Translations under genes and position numbers: made by a program
In this document: positions 53,424-64,000 of the stretch, one piece after another
Layout: every line of letters starts with the position of its first letter
Position numbering within the stretch: position 1 is the first letter of the stretch
Source: Trichosphaerium sp. ATCC 40318
Taxonomy: Eukaryota; Protista; Tubulinea
NCBI GenBank assembly: GCA_038496445.1
Contig: JALMLS010000311.1
Coordinates: 62,001-126,000 of the forward strand
DNA length: 64,000 nucleotides
Direction of reading: 5' to 3'
The notes under the pieces: generated by a model
Databases searched by the model: none
What the model was told of the DNA's origin: nothing
What the model saw: only the letters and a program-made list of their open reading frames with translations

Positions 53424-53811
53424 ATGCAGCTCTTCTACTCACCACCAATTTATACTCTCACCATCACCTATTTACTTTTAATGTTCGTATGCCCTGCAGC
53501 TAGTTCTGAAGACGAGGCGGAGGCATCTTGTAAAGGAAAATGGTGTTCAAGATTGTACTCCAGAGACGAACAGACTTTTTGTGGGGATAGGTGGGGCACT
53601 TGCCCTGACAGAAACTACGATGAAGTACGCTTGGATAGTATTTGATTATGTTCACTGTTGGTCTTACTCCAAGTAGCATGATAAAGTAGCAAGTTCGAAA
53701 AAATGTAAACGTTGTAATAAGCGAACTTACGAGGGTAAGAAATGCAATCATCATATTGGCACCTTTCGCATAAACGGCGTTCATGACGTCACAAAATACG
53801 AGTGTAAATAA
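53424..53811 (+). CDS. Secreted small cysteine-rich peptide precursor (111 aa, 2 exons)
   Basis: Signal peptide, SSEDEAEA spacer and a 77-aa region with 8 Cys. Intron 53625-53676. A paralog lies at 23.6 kb. Confidence 0.75.
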
Positions 53812-54035
53812 TGTTCTTGTAAAAAGTCAATCATACTTACAAATACATAAAAAGGTAGTATTTTGTTGTTGTACACTAATTTGTTGAACGTCAGCAAAGC
53901 GTCAATTGGCGGCTTTTTCAAAGAAAAACATGCCCGTTTATTACTTGTTGACAGGAACTTTGTGTTATTAGTTCTATTCCATGTTCTCGTAGCAAGATAT
54001 CAATGTATGTCGATATGACAAAACTACCTGTTTAT

Positions 54036-55326
54036 TTACTCTGACGTTTCAGCGTTTCTACTATAACACTCGATGTACATGTCAAATTTGGACAATGCAA
54101 ATTTGAATATAGTGCTAGGAGTTATATTGATATTATCTGGAAGTTCGTCCTGATCAACTTCATCTCCAACTACATAGTTGAAAGCATTACATATAATTTG
54201 AGGGTGGTATCCATGACTTGCTACAAAAAAAAACGTGTCAGGCGTTAACTAACAACAATCAATTCATACCAATTATCATGGAAAGATCTCCTAACTGAAC
54301 CATAGCTATAGTATAAGGCTCATCCTCATCATCAAACAATGCGATCTTGCTTTTAGTAATAGTGTCTTCAAAACAGAACAGACGTTTACTTGTTGATTCC
54401 TTGTCATATGCAATGACCCTTTCTTTCCATCCGTTCACCCTTGAAAACTTGGTTTTAATAGTCTCAATAAACCTATCTATTTGCTCTTGAGGATGGTTAT
54501 GCCATTCATCTTCAGCGTAGTGTGGCATAGTATTTCCTCTAAATCCATCTAAAAACTCTTCAATGTCGGGTTCCTCTGAAGCAAAGAGATCAAGGATGTG
54601 TTCCCAATCTAACGCAAAGCACGAAAAGGGTGCTTGATGGTCGAGAAGCGGAAGCATTGAGGGATACAATGTTTGATGAGTATTAAACATTGTCGTCAAA
54701 ATTGTTTTCGCGTCTTCTTTTGGCATTGTCAGGAGTTTCTCAATGACATTATCGCGTGTTGGGTACTCATAATCCTCGTTAGGTATTTCCATGGGTTGGG
54801 AAGTGTCTTCGTATGCAACACTACCAAGAGGTGATTGTTAGCAACGTCAGCCTAAGGCGTAGCGAAAAAAGCGTACAAGGCGCCCTCCTTCGCGCCTCGG
54901 TTATGAGATGTTGTTTGAATAAATATTTGGAAATCAGGAAATAGTTCAGGATTCAGAGACGCCCTAGGTTTCGATTCGATACGAAGTAAGCATCTCGCGC
55001 CAAAACCTCGGTAACAACTACCACTTGTAAAAACCAATACAAGCTTTTTCCCGCTGAGAAGAGCTGTCAGTATGCAAAAATGCTATTAATGCACTTACGT
55101 AATGATTTCTGTCTTTGAGAGTTGGTAGAAACAATTTGGTTTAGCTCCAGTATACTAAATCAGTTATTATTAAACTACTCCTCAAGGTTGTACTCACGTG
55201 TTTTAGCACTACGTTTTTTATCGTGCTATCCTGTCTTACAAGAATACGCGGGAACCGTTCTGGATTGACAGGCCCCATCTCAGCTTTTTGGGCTGGAGTG
55301 TCCTTTACGCCTTTTCTCCTTGGCAT
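54036..55326 (-). CDS. Hypothetical two-domain protein
   Basis: Exons splice in frame. N-domain FYQLSKTEII..GFGARCLL..FIQTTSHNR, acidic C-domain. Confidence 0.6.
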
Positions 55327-55653
55327 GAGGTTTGTTGTTGTGACTGTTGTGTGTCTTCAATAATGTCATTGAATCAAGTGTCATTATATGAACCATGCGC
55401 ATATACTTCAACGACTTGTGTCACACAAAAGTATCAAACATTAGCGACCAAGCAGTGTTCATACTACACGCACATTAACAAGTTCGAAGATATCAAAAAT
55501 CGGTTTATTAGTACACATACTTGTCCCTTGCTTACTAGAAAATCTCAAACCGTCTTACTCAAATATCTACGACCCTATTTTACATTATTGTCCAAGTCAT
55601 ACTCTCGGGTGGTGCTTTGGTTGGCGCTGCACTTAAGAACAACCACGTGATAA

Positions 55654-55666
55654 TTGGCGCGGGAAA
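55654..55666 (-). promoter_or_regulatory. Overlapping E2F-like site TTTCCCGCGCCAA
   Basis: Consensus-like motif upstream of the 55326 gene. Confidence 0.3.
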
Positions 55667-55667
55667 T

Positions 55668-56382
55668 TTAGTATCCACTAGGCTCCCACGAACAATTTTC
55701 TTTGATTGCCTTCAGTAACGCCGGATTATCTTTGCTCAGTGTGAGTCCTTTCAACCAATAAAAGTTATAAAATGTACCTAATGCGGCAGCCACACGTTCT
55801 TTGTCATTGACTTGTTTATTTACTATGTATTGTTAGCACTAATCTTGTACTACGCAAAGACATACTCTCTGCTTCTGTTTGATGTGAGCCAGGCTTTATT
55901 TTTATTGTCAACTATGAACAATTTCAGAAAGTGTCAAATGACATTGGAGTCTGTACTTTATACGGTACGTCTATGGCTTCCTTGAGTTTATATGTTATAC
56001 ACAGTCCTATCATAGCTGCGAGATGACAGTGCGGAACTGTTGGTTTAAATAAAACAAGAATTGATCGTACTCCCTACGATAACGTTAACAAGACACTATT
56101 ATGCTCATTCGTTGATCAATAACTATAAACTCATTTTGCGTGTCAAGTAGTTGTAACATGACGCTGTATTGTACGTCACAACGTTTAGACGCGAAACAGA
56201 GATGTACACACCTTTTCGTCGGTTTGTAGCGTAATTCCATCCTCCGTTATTACATCAAGATCTTCAAGTGTTTGAGGGTACTCAGGATCTACTAGAGGTA
56301 GAAACACATAAATTAAAGCACAGCTACCTTTTATGTCTCTAATGTAATCGAAAACATCAATAGCGTCTAAGTCTACATCCAT
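55668..56382 (-). CDS. Cytosolic Fe-S assembly component 2 (MIP18/FAM96 family, CIAO2A-like)
   Basis: IRDIKDPEYPQTLEDLDVI; FKPTVPHCHLAAMIGLCI; NKQVNDKERVAAALDNP. Confidence 0.93.
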
Positions 56383-56673
56383 TTTGTACGTATTGAATGG
56401 TAAAGAACGACATCCCAAAAAATAAAGCAATTTCAGTACAGTTTTCTCATTTCTCGATTACGCTTACAACACTAACACTCAACCACCAAGACATGATTAA
56501 GAAAATACATCTATTCAACTGCTATTATGTACAAATAGAATAGAGGCTTTTGTTGGCTCTATTCAAAGTAAGTCTCTATACGCGTCGAAGCATATAGGAG
56601 AAGGCGTTTTTGCCAACTTTTAAATGAAGGGGGTTGTGATCATAACTGAAATACAAAAAAAAGTTTTCGAAAA

Positions 56674-57176
56674 CTAAACGTCATTGAAAGAGACAGTTTG
56701 CAACGGTCCTTGTAAATGTTGCTTTAATACTTGCGCCTACAAAAGGTGTGAGCTACGTACCATAGTAATGAGTAGTCGCATACCTTTGCTTTCAGCATGC
56801 CAAATTGCGATTCTTCCGTGCCACATAATAAAAGTACTACGCTATCTGTGATGGATGTCATTATAACCTTGCCTTCCTAATGCATCAATCAGACTACTCA
56901 GTTCACAACGTTATTTTTTTTCTTTTTGGTAATACTTCACAATCAACGATGAGGTGTTCAATGCCACTTCTATTACGCTCAAAAGACGTCCACAGGTTCG
57001 CGAATATTGCCGACACTACAGTTGGGTTCCCTGCGCTTGCAAGTTTTTCTCCCGTCTTGGTGAGGAGGCTAGATACACTTAGGAATGCCGGAATTAAACA
57101 AAACGTACAGCATAGTAGTTATGTCATCGCTTTGAGCCTGGGATAGTATTTTAGGCAATGCGTTAGGATTAAGCAT
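56674..57176 (-). CDS. LAMTOR2: Ragulator subunit LAMTOR2 (roadblock fold; not in the ORF track)
   Basis: MLNPNALPKILSQAQSDDITTMLLLTKTGEKLASA..SAIFANLWTSFERN..DCEEGKV..FGMLKAKAQVLKQHLQGPL. Confidence 0.9.
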
Positions 57177-57390
57177 ACTACGAGCTTGAAATTGCTGTAG
57201 AGATAGGCCAGTACTCGGAAGTTTGAGGCTTAAACTCGAAAAGATTAAGTTGGGAGAATTGGAAAAGACATTTTTTTAAACCACAAGTAAAGAGTACGTA
57301 CCGTTTTGTAGCCTTTCAAAATGGCTGAATAGTTCTTTTATAACTACAAAGCTCTATTTAATGCCTACATTTGTCTAACTCTGCTAGAAA

Positions 57391-58908
57391 ATGGCTACAA
57401 ACAAGCTCTTTGTTGGTCGTCTTCCATACAACTATCACTCGCGTGACCTTGAAGATCTCTTCACAAACCACGGTCGCGTCACTAATTTCGTATGTAAGTC
57501 TACATACGCGTTTGTGGTACGCACAGTGAATTTTGCTTTTGTCTTTTACACTCCAAATCCAAAAAACAACCAAAAAAGCGATGCTGCTGTTTTGAAATCG
57601 ATCATTGTCGTGTAATTTTCTTGGGCTGTAGAGCTCTATGGTTTGGCAAAAAAAAAAACGTCTGAGAACCACTTGAGCTTTGGTTGGCTTTGGCTACAAA
57701 AAAAATATCATAATTTGATTGTTTCCTACTCTCTTGGTTACCTCTTGCCTTGAAACCTTTGGCTATGCTTGGTTGTCACTTCGATAATTTTTTTGGTTGG
57801 TCGCCGCTTCTTTCTATCAAATTGGCAGTGTCTTGGACCTCGATATCAATGAGCATTATTCTAGGACTATGAAAATTCGGCAGATGCCGAGGAAGCCATG
57901 AACGCTATCGATGGTACCAGCTTCGAAGGTGCGCGTATCTGTGTAGAGCCATCAAAAGGATACAGGTGCGTTATTACTGGTTTTAGCTGCTTGGTAAAAT
58001 ACTGACGATTTTGTTTAGAGAGAGACCAAGTCCTCACAGTGGTATGTCACGTCTAGGCTAAATCATGATTGAATTTTCCAGTCAATTTTTGTTTGTGCGT
58101 TTTTTTCTAACTTATTCACTTAGAGAGACGTGGTCGCTATAGCGCCCCATACAACACTGATTACCGCGTCACAGTTGAGAATTTACCTCGTGATTGCACT
58201 TGGAAAGAATTAAAAGATTACTTCCGCCGTGCTGGTGATGTCACTTTTGCTGATGTGCAAAGAGACAGGGGTACAGTTGAATTCAAACGCTATGAGGGTA
58301 TGAAAAACGCTATAAAGCGTCTAGATGGCACACGTTTGGGTGATGCAACCATCTATGTAACTGAGGTAACACTTTCATCAACTCGTGTTCTATTGGCTTA
58401 GTTTATTAGGATCGACCTCGTTCACGTTCAAGGTCAGGTGGTCGTTCTCATTCAAGATCAGGTGGTAGGTCTCGTTCACCAAGGTCACCAAGACGAAGAG
58501 GTTCTCCAAGGCGTTCACCACCTAGAGGTCGTTCAGGTTCTCCTGCTGACCGTAGATCTCCTCCGCGCAGAGACCAACGCGATCGTAGATCTCCACGCGA
58601 TCGCAGAGACGACAGATCTCCTCCAAGGGACCGTCGCGATGATAGACGTGACGATTACCGCCGTGATGACAGACGTGATGATAGACGTGACGACCGTCGT
58701 GATGACAGGCGTGATGATAGACGTGAAGATAGACGTGATGATAGACGCGAAGATAGACGTGACGATCGTCGTGATGACAGGCGCGATGACAGACGTGATG
58801 ATAGGCGTGAAGATAGACGTGATGACCGCCGCGACGAGCGTGCACGTAGCTCTCCAAGACGCTCTCCTCCTCCAGAGCCACGTGGTCGTTCACCTGCTAG
58901 GGATTGAA
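57391..58908 (+). CDS. SR splicing factor (RRM + pseudo-RRM + RS/RD tail; SRSF4/5/6-like)
   Basis: KLFVGRLP; YAFVDY; YRVTVENLPRDCTWKELKDYFRRAGDVTFADV; RS and DDRR tail. Confidence 0.92.
58637..58836 (+). repeat. Coding 12-nt tandem repeat encoding (DDRR)n
   Basis: About 16 copies of GATGAYAGRCGY-like units. Confidence 0.9.
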
Positions 58909-59161
58909 TATGTCACATTTAATAAAGTTTTTAACACAAATTCTTGTTATCAGTAACCAGCTTCAAAGTCATGGTCGTAGCTACAGGTCAATCCTACAGT
59001 GCCTTGATTAATTGTTGTTTCTTAGCATTATTAGGGTGGCAACACTACGTAAAATCCAGACGTTTTGTGTTCACTGATTAAGTCAGTAAAAAATAAAAAT
59101 AAGTCGCTTCAATTGAGCATATTTTCCAGGTAAGGCCGATCAGGCATTACAAGACTGAGTT

Positions 59162-60159
59162 ATGGCTTCTTCTAGAGTAGTACCTGCTCAAACAGAATTT
59201 GTATGCGATATTGGGGATTGCCGAAGCCGTTTTCCAACTAATAAACAGTTCCGCTTGCACCAGCGCCACTGTCTCAAAAAATTTGAAAAAGTACAAACTT
59301 TTTATTTGTTCAAATCGCTACATTGTATTCACAAACATAATAGTTTCACGGTGGCGGCACGACACAAAAGAAAAAAGGCAAAAAGGGCAGAAGAAAAGCA
59401 GCCTCAAAGCCAGTCAAGCACAGGACGCAAAAATTTAAACCCCGAGATATCAAGCAGCTAACAAGCCAAGGTAAAATGTTAGAAAACGGTTATCGAGTTT
59501 TTGTTTTACAAACGCTTGCTTATCGCTGTAGAATCATCCGACACGCTAGATAAACTCTCTCAAGAACTAAAAAAAAATCACGAAGAGTTCATCAATTTAC
59601 CTCGCCTTGAGGACTCGGATGGCGAGGATTGCGATAATATGTACACCCTATTAAACGACTCATCAGAGGCCATACAGAATAACGAGGTTGGGCTCTTTCA
59701 AAAGTACGCTTTGCTTCCAATTGTAGCTGTAAAAAGTTCCACAAATTTACGTTTTATCCTTTGTTCAAACTGATGTATATGTAGTACAAGGAAACGCTCT
59801 TCGTGTATCGACGCGCTACAGAATCAATCACCTAAAAAGAAGCGTAAAATATCGCTTATTTCGAATGAAACCTTTGATGAGGTTATTGAGGAACCAGCGA
59901 CTGATGATTACGCTGCTAGCGAACGTTCTTTATTAACCAGAGCCGACACAATCATTTTAGTAGAGGACGATGAGGAGAAACCGAAAAGATGTTCAAAAAG
60001 CAAAAAAACAAAGAAGAAAAATCCAAAGGCTAGATTATTGTTGTCTCGCATGGTACGTTACAACTTTTGCAATCAGCATTTGACAAATGATTTTTTTAGG
60101 ATACTCTTCCCTTATCTTTCATGCGTGATCCTACAGTATCAACAGAAGAGTTGATGTGA
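59162..60159 (+). CDS. Protein with an N-terminal C2HC/C2H2-like zinc finger
   Basis: FVCDIGDCRSRFPTNKQFRLHQRHC, basic NLS-like stretches, multi-exon. Confidence 0.6.
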
Positions 60160-60424
60160 CACTTTATCATTTTTGTAAATAAAAAACTTGTAAAACCAAA
60201 CCAAAAAAACCAGGAGAGTACAATAATAAAATACGTTTTAGTATGTTGCACTATAGATCGCTGTCAGAACGGCTTGATGAATGTTTCAGGACAGGTCAGC
60301 CTAGATAGTGTTAGGACATATTGTGTGAGGGTGTAGGTGAAGTCTTACCATTTTAGCAAGTATCAAAAAAAGCGCGAATTTCTGGTGTTAAGGTATTCAA
60401 ATTTTACAGAAATTTGGAAATCAA

Positions 60425-61769
60425 ATGGCTACACGATCCAATCCGAAAAGAGGACAGTCCAAAGGCTTGAAAACGAGTTTATGTCGAGAATTTGCGCAGG
60501 TGGCGGCAAGTTCAATAACAAATGAAGTAAAAGACACCTCACAGTCACAGTACGCTTAACATGTTAGTTCTAATGCTATACGCTAACCACCAATAGAAAA
60601 GAACTTAGGCGGTATTTTCGAGACTACACAGATTTAACAAATCAGCAACCTGTGTCCCTGAGCCCACGCTCAAAGTATGTACCCATATGCAACCACAGTA
60701 TCAAATTAGCCGTTACTTACAAACAATACAAGGCGACGCTTATCCTCAGGCTTCCATACACCAGAAAAGAGACCAACAAAGCGATTACGCGCTCAAACAC
60801 CGACGAATAGCGTAAACAAAGAAAACAGTAATAACAAGGAAAACTCAACAGCTTCTTTGAATTTGGGTCTACCAAAACCAGACATTGAGACAGACCAATT
60901 TCTTACGCCTTTTTCTACACCTAAGAAAGAGGTTTGTTCAACACCGAGCGTTGTCCGTATGTCACTATCATTCTAGAAACAGATGTGTAACCATTTTTTT
61001 AGGTGAAGCACATTTAGATGCTGAAGATGCTGCGTCTATCACAACAATAGGTGAAGATTGTGCGTTAAATTTCGAGGCACAGTTATCTAGAGCGAATGAG
61101 CTTAATCCAGAGCCAACAATTGAACTTGGGGATTCTATTTGTAAAGACGTACGCTGCTATTTCTTGTGCTTTTTGTTGTCATTTCATTGCAATTTTTTCC
61201 GTTTGATAAATTCTTGGCAGTAGTAACACGTGAAATAGCCGTTTGAGTATCAAATTGAAGAATCACCTCCTGAGCATTCATTTGTAATTGATTCTATTGA
61301 AATGGAAAGTGGATCTGGAGTTCGATGGTTTATGGAAATAATGTCTCTTGGAGATTGGAAAAAAGTGAGTATTTTTTTTGGTGCTCAATATTGCAATGAA
61401 CCACGTGGTTCGTTGTGTGCTCTGTAGTTCATTTATTTGTGTGAACTTATTGGTTGTTATTAATACGATGCTTTATTAGTCTCAGAGACCATTGAAGGGT
61501 ATGGAGTATACAACAAAGCAGAAGGAAGTATTAGATCAACTTTTATTGCCATTATTTATACGTCATCATGATTATATACAATGGGAGTACTTTGGAAAAG
61601 AGCCTTTTGATGAAGATGCTAGGATGATTGTATTTGAAACATTGTTAAAGTATGTCATACGGAGCTATTTTTATCTTTTGTTCTAATACTCTTTTAAAGA
61701 AGTGTAGAGCAACGATTTTATGTTGTGGATGATAAAAAACAAATCAAGTGCTTGCACGTATCGAGTTGA
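60425..61769 (+). CDS. Hypothetical protein
   Basis: In-frame multi-exon model MATRSNPKRG..KCLHVSS*. Confidence 0.55.
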
Positions 61770-62047
61770 AACCAAGAGTTTCACGAGAACGAAAAAAAAA
61801 CCCCTACTGATGTACATAGTAAAGGAAAACTAATCTGATATTGAAATTTGTTTTTTCACATGGAATTTGGTCCAACCGGCATGATGTTTTGTTATGCGTT
61901 AGTCTTATGAGTTGGCTGTTGGTTATTGTTTAGCGCATAAAGTATTGTCTCTATCATGTCTCCTATCCGTTTTCAGTAACATCAAAGCAAGTTGTACAAC
62001 TTAAAGTCAACGAACTTCCTTGATTAAAATAAAAGTTACAACTCACA

Positions 62048-63400
62048 ATGAAGACCTTGGTTGTTTTTGTTCTGTTTTTCGCTCTAGTATTAGCTCATGG
62101 TTCCTGTGAAGATGACCATTGCGAAAAAGAGCAAGTAAGTGACACGTATTACTTAGATTCTTTAAAGAAGCTCGAATCGCGTGAGTATTTGATGCTAGGT
62201 TCCGCTGTTGGTATGTTTTTTACAAATTTTTAAAATAATTACCGTATTGACACGTGTACAGGGACAATAGATCATTTCATATTTCCAGAAGGTAAAAGTA
62301 ATGAAATGTCTATATTAGAGGCGGTAGAATATACGTTAGGTGCGTAATAAACCATTTACAGTTGACATTAACTTTCAACAAATAGAGCGACAAATCTCAG
62401 TCTTGCCGAAAGGTGCACTATAACTTTCATCAATCCATTTTATAGTAACAATGTAAAGGGATGATAGACAGTTCGAATGTGCTCATGGTTGGATCCAATA
62501 TGGGTGCTTCTGCTAGGTATCTGTCAAGGAAATATGATTGTTTTGTCACTTGTTACCACGGATCGAAGAAGCACAACAAGTATCATAAGCTAATGTCAGA
62601 ACTTTCATTTGCTGGGCGTAGTGGTGGAGAAGTAAGGAAATCTATCAAGTCACGTGCTTGTAAATAACGGTTATGGATATAGGTCGTGCGGTGTGATGTT
62701 TCGAAACCACCATTGCCAAGCGATGATGACCAATTCTCTTTGGCTTTTGCAAATGATGTAGGCGGTCATTTAACAGTAGAAGACAAGCTAGCTTTTTTCA
62801 AAGAAATACACAGGTATACGAAAATCTTCTGAAGAAGATGTTAACTATTGATTGTAGAAGCATTGCACAGAATGGTATTTAGGATGTTTAGATTTATAGA
62901 GACTAATGTACCAAAGGATATTTGCTCATGACTGATTTTCATGAAACTGCGGTTGACCATGCTCATGATGCTGAGTTTATGAAGCACATGATTACTTTTG
63001 GAGAACAAAAAAAGTTGCTTGAGGAGGCCGGTAGGTTACAGAACTTTTGGTGCGTAATTACTTACATAAATTGTACAGGTTTCGAAGACGTAAAGAAATA
63101 TACGGTGCAAACAGCTGATGATTTGGAAAGTTTTGAAAGGGTTCTAAAGGGTGCGGACACCTTCACGTTCCATTGCATCTAATGTTTGATATAAAGAACT
63201 CAAGAGTGGTACTTCATGTCACGTTTTGAGGGAGACGCTTAACAAACGTGAAAGAGATACATTGAGAACAGGCAAACTTTACTTACGTAGTCCTATCCGT
63301 TCTTACGTTATTTTTAGATATACAAGATAAACAGTTCTTGTTGGAACATGATATAATAGAGTGGATTATGTGGACAGCAAAGAAACCAGGACGTTGGTAA
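62048..63400 (+). CDS. Signal-peptide-bearing class I methyltransferase-like protein (sarcosine/dimethylglycine N-MT-like)
   Basis: MKTLVVFVLFFALVLA; VLMVGSNMGASARYLSRKYDCFVT; FFKEIHR; LLEEAGFEDV; WIMWTAKKP. Confidence 0.7.
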
Positions 63401-63710
63401 AATGTGTAAGGTAAATATAGCTTGAACAAAACCGAACTTGTGAAGTTAATAAATTATCAATGTTTGACCCTGCAATCGATTAACTGCATCATGAGTACCA
63501 CCAACTTAAGACGCTTTTATACAACAAAAAGAATTTGTGCTTAAACATTGTACTCAAGCACCTGTTGGACAGCATTGTAGTGCACACCACGTGATTTTCC
63601 AATTTGTATCAACATTCGAGTTAACGTCCCACAACTTTCCAGTTTAAATCTGGTATTGGCTTATTACGACAGCTATGTACAAAAATTTATTCTCTGGGTT
63701 TTTTTATAAA

Positions 63711-64000
63711 TCAAGGGCCATCTGGTAGTGACATTACAAGAGCTGTATTAACAAAAAGTTAATGTCACAATAAAGTACTGAAAACAAAAGCTATCGTACC
63801 AATTTCGGACTCTTCTTTACCATCTCCTTCTGCTAAGTCCATGAAAGAACCAAAAACTCCACCATCTTCAATAGCATCAACATCTAGAGGTTTCTCTGGC
63901 TCTTCTGGTTCTTCAACAAACTGCATCCAGCTGTTATTTGTTTTGCTCGCCACAGGTATTTTAGGTTTTTCAATAGGTGCAGGTGGTTTGACCTTAACAG
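63711..64000 (-). CDS. 3' end of an unidentified gene (partial)
   Basis: Pro/acidic exon plus last exon ALVMSLPDGP*. Confidence 0.45.

Noticed and set aside
58438-58956. 172-aa and 123-aa ORFs over the DDRR repeat; array-like appearance
   Set aside because: Alternative frames of a coding 12-nt repeat. There are no unique spacers, so it is not CRISPR-like.
1-64000. Stop-codon reassignment or selenocysteine suggested by the fragmented ORFs
   Set aside because: In the conserved genes I reconstructed, stops fall in introns, and all three stop codons end genes.

Overview
Gene-dense, AT-rich (about 35-37% GC by eye) eukaryotic nuclear DNA with many short introns (mostly 40-100 nt). TAA, TAG and TGA all serve as stops. 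Gene content and the frequent GTACGT splice donors suggest a free-living protist, most plausibly an amoebozoan (inference). I reconstructed about 35 spliced genes by hand. They include a formin, a Patched/NPC1-like transporter, two DHHC palmitoyltransferases, a Zn2Cys6 factor, TACC, organellar EF-P, RPL39, SAR1, a RasGEF, CBS, ALKBH8, PDF, a thiamine-pyrophosphate carrier, a cyclophilin, CIA2, LAMTOR2 and an SR protein. No tRNA, rRNA, CRISPR array or transposase was seen. The most unusual signals are: (1) an unannotated secreted 8-Cys peptide with an EAEA pro-segment, plus a frameshifted paralog 30 kb away; (2) a six-repeat helical protein capped by a PD-(D/E)xK nuclease fold; (3) two U12-type introns; (4) a triple-hairpin element behind the NPC1-like gene; (5) window-wide enrichment of CACGTG; (6) intronless giant-virus-like F-box genes; (7) a candidate poison splice site in the SR gene; and (8) several pseudo-enzymes. 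All exon structures and family calls come from manual reading and motif memory, not database searches.
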